A stretch of 29,126 bases of DNA, taken from positions 1 to 29,126 of the forward strand of contig JBJFGS010000047.1 in assembly GCA_051892935.1 (NCBI GenBank). Reading direction: 5' to 3'. Below are positions 1-9,560 of the stretch, piece after piece. Each line of letters opens with the position of its first letter. Position 1 is the first letter of the stretch. The notes under the pieces were generated by a model. It did not search any database and was not told where the DNA came from. It saw nothing but the letters and a program-made list of their open reading frames with translations. The position numbers and the translations under genes were made by a program. This stretch comes from Candidatus Coprovivens sp. Lineage in GTDB: Bacteria > Bacillota_I > Bacilli_A > RF39 > UBA660.

Positions 1-203
1 ATCGTCAAGGTCGAATTAACATTACCTCCCCATTGGTTAGTTACGCCGGTATCGAAAAAGAATGTGTCGTTATCGGCGCAAATGACCGTATTGAAATATG
101 GTCAGAAAATGGTTGGAATAATTTTTTCTTAGAAAATGCTGAAAAAATTGAAGATATCGCAGAAAATTTATTCAACGGGGGCGATTTAAATGAAACATTA
201 TAG
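1..203 (+). CDS. mraZ: MraZ transcriptional regulator, 3' part (5'-truncated by window edge; missing from ORF track)
   Basis: Frame 3 reads RQGRINITSPLVSYAGIEKECVVIGANDRIEIWSENGW...NETL, stop TAG at 201-203. The (D)xQGRI and G..DRIEIW motifs are those of MraZ. It lies directly upstream of, and overlaps, rsmH. Confidence 0.95.
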   Translation, partial: RQGRINITSPLVSYAGIEKECVVIGANDRIEIWSENGWNNFFLENAEKIEDIAENLFNGGDLNETL

Positions 204-1113
204 TGTTTTATTAGAAGAATCAATAGAAGGTCTTAATATTAAAGAAGACGGCATATATGTAGATGCAACGCTAGGATACGGTGGCCATAGCAGTGAAATA
301 TTAAAAAAACTAACAAAAGGCCATTTATACTCATTTGATCAAGACCAAGAAGCTATCAAATATTCTAAAGAAAGACTACTAAAAATAAGTAATAAATTCA
401 CAATTATTTATAGTAACTTTGTTAATATGAAAGAAAAATTAGCAGAACAAGGAATTACTTCTGTCGATGGAATTATCTTTGATTTAGGTCTATCTAGTCC
501 TCAAATAGACAACAAAGAACGTGGTTTTACTTTTATGACAGATGCACCATTAGATATGAGAATGGATACATCAAAAGACCTAACTGCATATACAATTGTC
601 AATACATATACAATAGAGGAACTATCAAACATTTTCTTCATCTATGGTGAAGAAAAAATGTCAAAAGTAATTGCTAAGAAAATTGTCTCTGAAAGATTAA
701 AAAAAGAAATAAAAACAACAAAAGAGCTAGTAAAAATAATTGAATCAGCCGTAGGAGCTAAATACTTTAATAAAAATCATCCTGAAAGACAAATCTTTCA
801 AGCTATAAGAATAGAAGTAAATGGTGAACTCGATGTTCTAAAAAAAGTACTACCTGATGCAATTGATTTATTAAATAAAAACGGTAGAATATCCGTTATA
901 ACATTTCATTCTCTAGAAGATCGAATAGTTAAACAAATATTCAAAAAAAATAGTGAAGTAGATGATTTAGTAAAAGGATTGCCAAGTATTCCTAAAGAAT
1001 ATCAACCTAAGTTAAAACTAATTAATAAAAAGCCAATCCTACCTACCGAAAAAGAATTAAAAGAAAATTCTCGTAGCAAAAGTGCAAAATTACGTATCGT
1101 TGAAAGGATATGA
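190..1113 (+). CDS. rsmH: 16S rRNA m4C1402 methyltransferase RsmH (MraW)
   Basis: HYSVLLEE, VDATLGYGGHS, DLGLSSPQID, PLDMRMD, FQAIRIEVN, ITFHSLEDRIVK and NSRSKSAKLR motifs; dcw context. Confidence 0.98.
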   Translation: MKHYSVLLEESIEGLNIKEDGIYVDATLGYGGHSSEILKKLTKGHLYSFDQDQEAIKYSKERLLKISNKFTIIYSNFVNMKEKLAEQGITSVDGIIFDLGLSSPQIDNKERGFTFMTDAPLDMRMDTSKDLTAYTIVNTYTIEELSNIFFIYGEEKMSKVIAKKIVSERLKKEIKTTKELVKIIESAVGAKYFNKNHPERQIFQAIRIEVNGELDVLKKVLPDAIDLLNKNGRISVITFHSLEDRIVKQIFKKNSEVDDLVKGLPSIPKEYQPKLKLINKKPILPTEKELKENSRSKSAKLRIVERI

Positions 1114-1117
1114 TAAA

Positions 1118-1429
1118 ATGGCAAATAATAATCAAAGAAAAAAGAAACAAATGCCTAAAAAAAATCATGGTGAAAGATTAATATACTTTATAATTATCGT
1201 AATATTACTTGCAATACCTGTTTGTAATGTTTATACTAAAGCTATACTATCAGAAACAAACATAGCTTTAGAAGAAATAAAAAGTGACATCAAAGAACAA
1301 GAAAATTTAAACGAAAGTTTAAAAGCTGAAATCGATGTCCTTGCTTCATACGATGCGATGCAACAAATAGCTACAGAAAATGGTTTAACATATCAAAATG
1401 ACAATATTAAAGTAGTCATGAATGAATAA
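1118..1429 (+). CDS. ftsL: Cell division protein FtsL
   Basis: Basic N-terminus, one TM helix, coiled coil, and an end resembling L..yd.i..iA...Gl. Lies between rsmH and the PBP. ATG 1118 with RBS GAAAGGA is preferred over GTG 1082. Confidence 0.85.
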   Translation: MANNNQRKKKQMPKKNHGERLIYFIIIVILLAIPVCNVYTKAILSETNIALEEIKSDIKEQENLNESLKAEIDVLASYDAMQQIATENGLTYQNDNIKVVMNE

Positions 1430-1448
1430 GGCAAGGAGTTAATGCTAT

Positions 1449-3551
1449 ATGAAAAGAAAAAAGAGTACAGTAAATATTAATATCTTAATTTTATTTGTGC
1501 TTATTTTTTCTTTTTTTGCTATTGTAATAAAACTTTCATTTGTTGCATTAGCACCAACTACGGATGGTATAGACCTAACAGCTTTTGTTAATAATCGAAA
1601 TACAGAAAAAGAAATCCTAAAAGCTCAAAGAGGGACAATATATTCTTCAGACGGAGAAACCTTAGCTCAAAACGTTACATCATATAAAGTAATAGCTATA
1701 TTATCAGAAACAAGAACCAAAGATCCTGATAATCCTCAACACGTTGTAGATAAAGAAAAAACAGCTGAAGTTTTATCATCTATTCTAGGAGGATCAAAAA
1801 AATACTTCTTAGAAAGATTAAATACTAAAGGTGTATACCAAGTAGAATTTGGTAACTATGGTAAAATAAATAGTCTTGTAAAAAAACAAATAGAATCATT
1901 AGATTTACCTGGTATTGAATTTACAGAAGGAACAAAAAGATTCTACCCAAATAGTACCTTGGCTCCATATATAATAGGATATGCAAGAAGTAATGATAAT
2001 GACAAAATAGTTGGAGAAATGGGTATAGAAGCTTATTTTGATGAAGAACTTCAAGGTAAAGATGGTTATACTATATATCAAAAAGATGCTTATGGTTACA
2101 CAATGCCTAACACAACTACCATAACAGAACCTGCTGAATCAGGAAGAGATATCTACCTAACATTAGATAGTCAAATACAATTATTTGTAGAAAATGGTAT
2201 AAAAGATATTAGTAACAACAATAATATGGAATGGCTAACATTCTCAGTTATGGATGCAAAAACAGGTGCTATAGTAGCATCTGCTTCAAATCCAACTTTT
2301 AATTTAAATGAACTTAATATAATAAGCTATTTAAATCCATTAACAGCATATCAATATGAACCAGGAAGCACCATGAAAATATACTCATTTCTAGCTGCTA
2401 TGGAAGCGGGAAAATATAAAGGTACATCAACATATAAATCAGGAACAATTAAAGTAGATGATGCCACAATAAAAGACTTTAATGGTAAAGGTTGGGGGAC
2501 AATAACATACGATGAAGGATTCTCGTATTCATCAAACGTAGCTGCCACTAATCTTGCTTTAGAATTAGGAAGAGAAGAATTATATAACTACTATACAAAA
2601 TTAGGATTCGGTAAAAAAACTGGTATCACACTACCAAACGAAGGAAGCGGAGATATTGATTTTACTTATCGCACAGAAGTTGCAACAGCTTCATTTGGTC
2701 AAGGAATAACAACAACTCCAATTCAAAACCTCCAAGCTTTAACAATCCTTACTAATAATGGGGTCGAAATACAACCATATATAGTAGAAAAAATAGTAGA
2801 TAGCTTAACAGGTGAAGTTACATATCAACACGAAGTAACAGAACTAGGAACAAAAGCTACAGAAGAAAACATCAATAAAATGCTAGAAATGTTATATGAT
2901 GTTGTATATAGTGGTAAAACAGATGCTAAATACTACCAAGCTGATAATATTACCTTAGTAGGCAAAACCGGAACAGCTCAAATAACAGGAAGCAACGGTA
3001 AATATGAAACAGGGAAATACGACTACATTAGAAGTTTTGCAGGTGTATTCCCATATGAAAATCCTCAATATATAATATATGTATCAGTAAAAAAATATGA
3101 TGGTAGTTATAAAGACTTTGCCAAAATGGTTACCAAAGTAGTCGAAGAAATAGCTAAATACAAAAACATAACTGAATCAGTCGAAAAAGTAGACAATAAT
3201 AAAATAATTGAAATAAATAATTTTATTAGCAGTGATTCTTCTACAACGGAAGAAAAACTAAAAAAACTAGGACTTACAGTTATCAGATTAGGTAATGGAA
3301 AATACGTAATAAACCAATATCCAGAAAAAGGCTCAAAGGTTCTAATAGGTAATAAAGTATTCCTAATAACCAATGATTCTACTTACTTAATGCCAGATAT
3401 AACTGGATGGAGTAGTAGTGAAGCAATAACTCTTTGTAAACTATTAAAAATAGAATACTCTATTACAGGTTATGGAAACGTAAAAACATTTAATATAGCT
3501 CCAGAAACAGTAATTACTTCCAATACAAAATTAGAGATTACTTTAGAGTAA
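1449..3551 (+). CDS. Class B penicillin-binding protein (FtsI/PBP2x/PbpB-like) with C-terminal PASTA domains
   Basis: N-terminal TM; RGTIY, RFYP and G.mGiE dimerisation motifs; catalytic STMK, SSN and KTG motifs plus FGQG; PASTA-like repeats (VINQYPEKG, MPDITGWS). Confidence 0.95.
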   Translation: MKRKKSTVNINILILFVLIFSFFAIVIKLSFVALAPTTDGIDLTAFVNNRNTEKEILKAQRGTIYSSDGETLAQNVTSYKVIAILSETRTKDPDNPQHVVDKEKTAEVLSSILGGSKKYFLERLNTKGVYQVEFGNYGKINSLVKKQIESLDLPGIEFTEGTKRFYPNSTLAPYIIGYARSNDNDKIVGEMGIEAYFDEELQGKDGYTIYQKDAYGYTMPNTTTITEPAESGRDIYLTLDSQIQLFVENGIKDISNNNNMEWLTFSVMDAKTGAIVASASNPTFNLNELNIISYLNPLTAYQYEPGSTMKIYSFLAAMEAGKYKGTSTYKSGTIKVDDATIKDFNGKGWGTITYDEGFSYSSNVAATNLALELGREELYNYYTKLGFGKKTGITLPNEGSGDIDFTYRTEVATASFGQGITTTPIQNLQALTILTNNGVEIQPYIVEKIVDSLTGEVTYQHEVTELGTKATEENINKMLEMLYDVVYSGKTDAKYYQADNITLVGKTGTAQITGSNGKYETGKYDYIRSFAGVFPYENPQYIIYVSVKKYDGSYKDFAKMVTKVVEEIAKYKNITESVEKVDNNKIIEINNFISSDSSTTEEKLKKLGLTVIRLGNGKYVINQYPEKGSKVLIGNKVFLITNDSTYLMPDITGWSSSEAITLCKLLKIEYSITGYGNVKTFNIAPETVITSNTKLEITLE

Positions 3552-3568
3552 TCTCTTTATGTTTTTTA
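3533..3568 (+). terminator. Intrinsic terminator overlapping the PBP stop codon
   Basis: AGAGATTACT-ttag-AGTAATCTCT (10-bp perfect stem) followed by TTATGTTTTTT. Confidence 0.8.
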
Positions 3569-3607
3569 TATAGTATATTATAATAAAATAGAAAAAGTGG
3601 TGATAAT

Positions 3608-4879
3608 ATGGCCTTAATAGAATGTAAAGAATGTCTTCATAAAATAAGTGATAAAGCTAAAACTTGCCCAAATTGTGGAAATCCCATAAATAATAATAAA
3701 GACTTAATCACTATAAAATCATATAAAGAAAAAATATCTATTATTACATACATTATCTATATAATAGTATTTCTTAGTATTCTATTTTTAATATCATCAG
3801 ATACTTTATTCTTAAAAACAATAAAAAGTGAATACACTATTCAACAAATTCAATTTAGTAAAACATACGAAGGAATAATATCCTTATATCCATCTATAAT
3901 AGTTAATTTAACTTTTATCGGTTGTATTTTATCAATAATATCTAAAAAAACATTTAAACTATCTAAAATACCCTACATACTTAATATAATAATATCTATA
4001 ATAATATACATATATATTTATATTAATAATCTTAGAGTAGGTAACTGTTTCTATATAATAGTCTTTCTAAATACACTATTTATATTCCTACCTGGTATAT
4101 ATAAATTAAAAGAGATAGATAAAGAAATAGAAGAAAAAGATCGTATTAAAGAAGAAATTAATAATGACAAGCTTCAATCTTTATATAAGAAAAAAACAAT
4201 AAATAAAATAAATATAATATTAATTATAGTCTTTCTTATGATAGAAATAGCATCTATCACAGTAATAGTATCTCTTAATAAAAAAGATATATATAAAGAA
4301 ACAATTATTCAAGCTAATAGTGACTTCCAAATAAAAATAATTAATGATTATATAAATATAAGAAAAAATGCTAATATAGAATCCGATATAATAGGTGAAG
4401 TTAATAAAGGAGATATATATAATGTACTAGATATAATAGGAGGAACCAACTTCATTTGGTATAAAATAGATTATAAAGGTCAAATAGGATATATTGCTAG
4501 TAGTAGAGAAAAACCTTATATAAAAGAATTATACAATGATAAACTAGTAGTAAATATCTTCTGTACTGAAAAAGAAGACAATTGTTCTTATCTTTTAGAA
4601 TTCATTACTAGATACCATAAAAATAATAAAGATTTATTCATTATAAATTATCTTGATATAGAAGATGAACACAATAAAGAAATATATATAAAAACTTTAA
4701 CATATTTTGAAGATGAACCAATTACTCCATATATTATAATAGGAACAAACAGAGTATTAGGTTACATCAAAGAAGAAAACAAACCTATTATAGATCTAAT
4801 AAATGAACAAAAAGATTCTAATATTAATATCGTAAACATTTTAAAAAAAGATAATGAATTACCAAATGATCTCCAATAA
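3608..4879 (+). CDS. Membrane protein: N-terminal zinc ribbon, ~5 TM helices, SH3b-like domain, C-terminal glutaredoxin/thioredoxin-like domain
   Basis: MALIECKEC..ISDKAKTCPNCG zinc ribbon; five hydrophobic segments; YINIRKNANIESDIIGEVNKGD...WYKIDYKGQIGYI is bacterial SH3-like; C-terminal VNIFC...ITPYIIIG..VLGY resembles a Grx cis-Pro loop. Confidence 0.75.
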   Translation: MALIECKECLHKISDKAKTCPNCGNPINNNKDLITIKSYKEKISIITYIIYIIVFLSILFLISSDTLFLKTIKSEYTIQQIQFSKTYEGIISLYPSIIVNLTFIGCILSIISKKTFKLSKIPYILNIIISIIIYIYIYINNLRVGNCFYIIVFLNTLFIFLPGIYKLKEIDKEIEEKDRIKEEINNDKLQSLYKKKTINKINIILIIVFLMIEIASITVIVSLNKKDIYKETIIQANSDFQIKIINDYINIRKNANIESDIIGEVNKGDIYNVLDIIGGTNFIWYKIDYKGQIGYIASSREKPYIKELYNDKLVVNIFCTEKEDNCSYLLEFITRYHKNNKDLFIINYLDIEDEHNKEIYIKTLTYFEDEPITPYIIIGTNRVLGYIKEENKPIIDLINEQKDSNINIVNILKKDNELPNDLQ

Positions 4880-4907
4880 AAAAACTCTTTTTAAGAGTTT
4901 TTTTATT
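4875..4907. terminator. Bidirectional terminator between convergent genes
   Basis: AATAAAAAAACTCTT-ttt-AAGAGTTTTTTTATT: 15-bp arms touching both stop codons. Confidence 0.85.
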
Positions 4908-6321
4908 ACTTAATCTTATCTATCTTTAAGAAATTAGTATGAGAATCTTGTGGAAATCCTCCAACTACACATACTAAATCATCTTTTTGTAAATCAAGTA
5001 GTTCTAAAGCTGCTTTAATACCATCAGATACAATATCATCAGTATCGCTATACATTGGAACCAACTTAGTATAAACACCCCATTTTAAAGATAACTTACG
5101 AGCAATTTTACTATCAGTAACAGTCGCAATTATAAACGATTCTGGTCTTAAAGAAGCAATATCTAAAGCAGTTCTACCAGTTAAAGTCGAAGCAACTATC
5201 GCTTTAATAGGTAAATCTTGCGAAGCATCAACAGCACATCTCGCAATAGTATTATGTATTGCTGTACCACTCAATCTAAATTCATCTAGATTATACTTAG
5301 TGACTTGCTCAACATTTTCACAAATCTTTGCCATAGTTTCAATAGTTTCAACAGGATAATTGCCTATAGTAGTTTCATCACTAGTCATAATTGCATCACA
5401 ACCAGCAATAACTGCATTAGCAACATCAGTAACTTCTGCATTAGTTGGACGTATACTAGTTTTCATAGAATACATCATTTGCGTAGCCATAATAACACCT
5501 TTACCATAAGCATGACAAGTATCAATCATCATTTGTTGATATAAAGGTAAATTTTCTACACCAGTTTCAATACCTAAATCTCCTCTAGCTATCATTATAT
5601 AATCAGATTCTTCAACTATTTCATCTAAATTATCCATTGCATATTGAGTTTCAACTTTAGAAATAATAGGCATATCAGGTCTACCATATTCTTTACATAA
5701 TTCTTTAACTTGTCTAATATCATCAGCACTATTAACAAAAGATATAGCTAAGTAATCACCATTATTTTCACAAGCATACTTAATATCCTCTTTATCTTTT
5801 TCTGAAATATATGGAACATCTAATTTAATACCAGGTAAACAAACACCTCTACGTGATTTAATCGTACCTGAATTCATTATTTCACAAGTAACACCATCTT
5901 CTTCAATAGATTTTACAATTAACTTATAAAATCCATCATCTACTAAAATAGTAGATCCTACTTGTAAATTTTTTAATACATTAGGATAATTAAGAGTAAT
6001 AGAACTACTTGTACCATCACATCTATCTTCACCATCAAACTCTAATATTCTAATAGTATTTCCTTTAACAAGTTCTATTTTATCATCTACAAAAGAACAA
6101 GTTCTTAAATCAGGACCTTTTGTATCATAAAGAATAGCTATATTAGCACCTAATTCTTCATTAGCTCTTTTTACTAAAGCCTCATCTATTTTTCTTTCTT
6201 CAATTGTTGCATGAGAAAAATTAATTCTTGCAACATTCATACCAGCTTCTACAATACCTTTAAAGTTTTCCCAAGTTTGTGTAGAAGGACCAATACTACA
6301 AATTATTTTTGTTTTTTTCAT
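4906..6321 (-). CDS. pyk: Pyruvate kinase
   Basis: KTKIICSIGPS, ARINFSH, DTKGP, IISKVE, ARGDLGIE, ATQM and DVANAV motifs; 471 aa, no C-terminal PEP-utiliser extension. Confidence 0.96.
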   Translation of the reverse strand: MKKTKIICSIGPSTQTWENFKGIVEAGMNVARINFSHATIEERKIDEALVKRANEELGANIAILYDTKGPDLRTCSFVDDKIELVKGNTIRILEFDGEDRCDGTSSSITLNYPNVLKNLQVGSTILVDDGFYKLIVKSIEEDGVTCEIMNSGTIKSRRGVCLPGIKLDVPYISEKDKEDIKYACENNGDYLAISFVNSADDIRQVKELCKEYGRPDMPIISKVETQYAMDNLDEIVEESDYIMIARGDLGIETGVENLPLYQQMMIDTCHAYGKGVIMATQMMYSMKTSIRPTNAEVTDVANAVIAGCDAIMTSDETTIGNYPVETIETMAKICENVEQVTKYNLDEFRLSGTAIHNTIARCAVDASQDLPIKAIVASTLTGRTALDIASLRPESFIIATVTDSKIARKLSLKWGVYTKLVPMYSDTDDIVSDGIKAALELLDLQKDDLVCVVGGFPQDSHTNFLKIDKIK

Positions 6322-6354
6322 ATATTTTTAATCCCCTTTCAAATAAGCTTTCTA

Positions 6355-6384
6355 ATAATAGCATATTTTCAGTATTATTGTAAA
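6355..6384 (-). promoter_or_regulatory. Putative sigma-A promoter for pyk
   Basis: Minus strand TTTACA-18 nt-TATTAT with an extended -10 TG; RBS GAAAGGGG upstream of the ATG. Confidence 0.55.
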
Positions 6385-6395
6385 TATTTTTAAAT

Positions 6396-6418
6396 AAAAA
6401 AAGCAGTATTACTGCTTA
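6396..6418 (-). terminator. Intrinsic terminator overlapping the map stop codon
   Basis: AAGCAGT-att-ACTGCTT stem (6401-6417) followed by a U-tract on the minus strand. Confidence 0.7.
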
Positions 6419-7195
6419 TTTTATTACATCCTCAGGATCTAACTCAATATCTCTTCTAGTTAGTATTTCATAGCCAACTTTCGTTACTAATACAGTATGT
6501 TCAAAATGTGCACTATTTTCTTCATCATCAGTAACAATAGTCCAATCATCATCTAACATATATATATTTGGTGTACCAAGATTTAACATTGGTTCAACAG
6601 CAATTACATTACCAGCATGAAGTACTGGCCCTTTATGTTCAACTCCATAATTAGGAACGTCTGGTTCTAAATGAACTTTATCTCCAACACCATGACCAAC
6701 TAATTCTCTAACAACACCTAAATTATATTTATGAGCAACTTTTTGAACAGCATGTCCAATATCTCCAACAGTGCAACCATCTTTAATTGCTTCTAAACCA
6801 GCCATCAAAGCAGCTTCAGTTCTTTCAAGTAATTTAATATCTCTTGGATTACCTTCACCAACAATATAACTCCAAGCTGAATCACCATGATATCCTTGAT
6901 AGCAAGCTCCAATATCTAGCTTCACGATATCTCCATTTTTTAAAGTTCTATGTCCTGGTATTCCATGTACAACTTCATCATTAATACTTATACATATACT
7001 TCCTGGAAAACCATATAATCCTTCAAAAGAACAAGTACATCCTTTACTTTCGATAAACTTTTTAGCTAAAACCTCTAATTCCTTAGTACTAATTCCCGGT
7101 TTTAAAAACTGTTGTAAATATTTATGACAAAGACCAACAACTTTACCAGCTTCTCTTAACTTATTTATTTCTTCTTCTGTTCTTACTACTATCAT
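6416..7195 (-). CDS. map: Type I methionine aminopeptidase
   Basis: ICISINDEVVHGIPG, DIG...GYHGDSA, GHGVG..VH, AVEPM and SAHFEHTV motifs; all metal ligands present. Confidence 0.97.
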   Translation of the reverse strand: MIVVRTEEEINKLREAGKVVGLCHKYLQQFLKPGISTKELEVLAKKFIESKGCTCSFEGLYGFPGSICISINDEVVHGIPGHRTLKNGDIVKLDIGACYQGYHGDSAWSYIVGEGNPRDIKLLERTEAALMAGLEAIKDGCTVGDIGHAVQKVAHKYNLGVVRELVGHGVGDKVHLEPDVPNYGVEHKGPVLHAGNVIAVEPMLNLGTPNIYMLDDDWTIVTDDEENSAHFEHTVLVTKVGYEILTRRDIELDPEDVIK

Positions 7196-7218
7196 TATTT
7201 CATCCCCAATTCATCAAG

Positions 7219-7267
7219 TATTATATCACATTTATAAAATAATAAAACAATATAATATGATATAATA
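7219..7267. promoter_or_regulatory. Back-to-back divergent extended -10 promoters (map / orphan-trkA-trkH)
   Basis: TGATATAATA on the minus strand (7219-7228) and on the plus strand (7258-7267), forming a 10-bp inverted repeat 29 nt apart. Confidence 0.6.
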
Positions 7268-7284
7268 GTATACATGGTGATAAT

Positions 7285-8208
7285 ATGAAAAAAATAAAAG
7301 AGTTCTTAAATAATGTAAAATCCCAAGTTCTAACAGAACAAGATATTCTTTCTTTTTTATTGTCATTAAATAATGAAGAATTTATTAAAATGATTTCAAA
7401 AGAAATAGACAATGATAAAACCGGAAAGCCAGATACCGATATTGAAAGAATGACTCAAAATAACGCCTCTATAATATCGGAAATAATATCTGATTTAACA
7501 TTAGAAGAAAAACTAAAAGCCTTATCAATCATTAGTAATGATTTTTATACAATAGAACAAATGATATATAAAACACTACCTTTAGATAAAGCAACTGAAT
7601 TATTTTTAGATAATCCTAATAAATACAAAGAAGAAATAACTGCTTATATTGAAACCCCACGTCAAAGTATTGAAAAAGATCATTTAATTGCAAGAATTCT
7701 TTCAAACCCCGATTTATATAAGTTATTTAGTGAAGAAGATCATTTAATATTTAAAAATTTATTAAGTAATAAACAAATAATTTTAGATGACAAATATAAC
7801 TTTTATAATGTAACATACGATGAAATAAAAAATGAGGTAGCTAGATATCTAGCTAATATAGAAATGCGAAAAAATACCAATACTAATCTAGGAATTCATC
7901 AAAAAATCAGTAGTGTCGATCTATATCAAGTATATAAAGAAGTTAATAAAGGACTTAAAAATATTGATGAGCCTTTATTAACAGAAGAAAAAGTGATTGA
8001 GTATTTAGAATTGCCATTTGAAAAAGCTGTCTTATTTTTAAATCAAAGTACTATTAAGAAAGAAAAAATATCTTCCATTTTACTTAATAAATATCCTACT
8101 TATAAAGATTTAATAAGTAAAAAAAATATTACCGATTTATCAAATATAGTCTTAGATTTAGATATACCAAAAATTGATAAACAGAAGTATTTAGGAGAGA
8201 TAATATGA
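7285..8208 (+). CDS. Hypothetical cytoplasmic protein, probably helical
   Basis: 307 aa ORF with RBS GGTGA; its stop overlaps the trkA start (ATGA 8205-8208); no motif recognised. Confidence 0.8.
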   Translation: MKKIKEFLNNVKSQVLTEQDILSFLLSLNNEEFIKMISKEIDNDKTGKPDTDIERMTQNNASIISEIISDLTLEEKLKALSIISNDFYTIEQMIYKTLPLDKATELFLDNPNKYKEEITAYIETPRQSIEKDHLIARILSNPDLYKLFSEEDHLIFKNLLSNKQIILDDKYNFYNVTYDEIKNEVARYLANIEMRKNTNTNLGIHQKISSVDLYQVYKEVNKGLKNIDEPLLTEEKVIEYLELPFEKAVLFLNQSTIKKEKISSILLNKYPTYKDLISKKNITDLSNIVLDLDIPKIDKQKYLGEII

Positions 8209-9557
8209 AGATAATAATTGTAGGTATTGGTAAACTAGGAGAATACCTAGCTAAAAATTTAGTTAAAGAAAGTCATGAAGTAACTATTGTTGATTTAGAC
8301 TTTTCTAGATGTCAAGATATAATAAATAATGAAGACTTAAACTATCTAAATGGTAATGGATTAGATGCCAACGTTTTAATCGAAGCTGGTATAAAAGACT
8401 CAGACCTATTAATAAGTGTAATGGAACAAGATGAACATAATATGATATGTTGTTTATTAGGTAAAAAATTAGGAGCAAAACATACAATAGCTCGCATTCG
8501 TACACCTGAATATTCATCATCAACAGAAATCTTAAAAGAAGAACTAGGTCTATCAATGACAATAAATCCAGAAAGACTAACTGCCAACTATATTGCAAGA
8601 ATTTTAAGTATTCCAAGTGCCTTAGATGCAACTGTCTTCTTTAAAGGAAGAATTCAAATGATTTCTGTCAAAGTAAAACATAAAGGAATATTAGAAGGTC
8701 TAACTATTAATAGTTTATCAAATAAAATAAACGGCAAAATAATTATTTGTGCTATTGAAAAGAACAATGAAATAGTTATTCCTAAAGGTAATACGAAGAT
8801 ACAAGAAAATGATATTTTACATATAACAGGAACACGAAAAGATATAAATGATTTTCTAAAATTTGCTAAAATATCTGAACAAACAAAAAAAGTAATAATA
8901 AGTGGTGGATCAAATACAGCCTTATACTTAGCTAAAACTTTAAACGAAATGGATATGGAAACTAAGATAATTGAAATAAATGAAGAAAGATGCGAAATTT
9001 TAAGTGAAAAACTTCCTAATAGTCTTATTATAAATGGTGATTCATCAGATCAAAACATTCTATACGAAGAAGAACTTGATAAATGTGATGCCTTTGTTTC
9101 TTTAAATAGTATAGATGAAGAAAATATAATCTTATCGATGTTTGCTTCAATGAATAAAGTTCCTAAAATAATTACTAAAGTAAATCATATTAACCTAGAT
9201 GGCATTATTGAAACCGCTAATGTTGGTACAATAATAACCCCTCATAAGATAGCAACTCATCAAATAGTAAAATATGTAAGAGCAATGCAAAATAGTGAAG
9301 CTAGTAGTTGTGAATCAATATATAAATTTGATAACGATAAGTTTTCTATCTTAGAATTCAAAATAAAAAATGATTTCAAAAAACTAAATACTAAAATTAA
9401 AAACATTAAATTACATGATGGAATACTAATAATTGCTATATTAAGAAATGATAAAATAATCTTCCCAAGTGGAAATGATGAAATAAAAATAAAAGATACT
9501 ATTGTAGTAATAGATAAAGATTCAAAAATATTAGATATCAATGATATATTGGAGTAA
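8205..9557 (+). CDS. trkA: Trk potassium uptake regulatory subunit TrkA
   Basis: Two RCK units (IIIVGIGKLG; VIISGGSNTA); IARIRTPEY, INPE and IPKGNT motifs; 450 aa. Confidence 0.95.
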   Translation: MKIIIVGIGKLGEYLAKNLVKESHEVTIVDLDFSRCQDIINNEDLNYLNGNGLDANVLIEAGIKDSDLLISVMEQDEHNMICCLLGKKLGAKHTIARIRTPEYSSSTEILKEELGLSMTINPERLTANYIARILSIPSALDATVFFKGRIQMISVKVKHKGILEGLTINSLSNKINGKIIICAIEKNNEIVIPKGNTKIQENDILHITGTRKDINDFLKFAKISEQTKKVIISGGSNTALYLAKTLNEMDMETKIIEINEERCEILSEKLPNSLIINGDSSDQNILYEEELDKCDAFVSLNSIDEENIILSMFASMNKVPKIITKVNHINLDGIIETANVGTIITPHKIATHQIVKYVRAMQNSEASSCESIYKFDNDKFSILEFKIKNDFKKLNTKIKNIKLHDGILIIAILRNDKIIFPSGNDEIKIKDTIVVIDKDSKILDINDILE

Positions 9558-9560
9558 TAT

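Noticed and set aside
41-223. 60-aa minus-strand ORF
   Set aside because: It is the antisense shadow of mraZ/rsmH; the real gene is in plus frame 3.
1082-1117. Longer ftsL start at GTG 1082
   Set aside because: It overlaps the conserved rsmH C-terminus; ATG 1118 has a well-spaced RBS.
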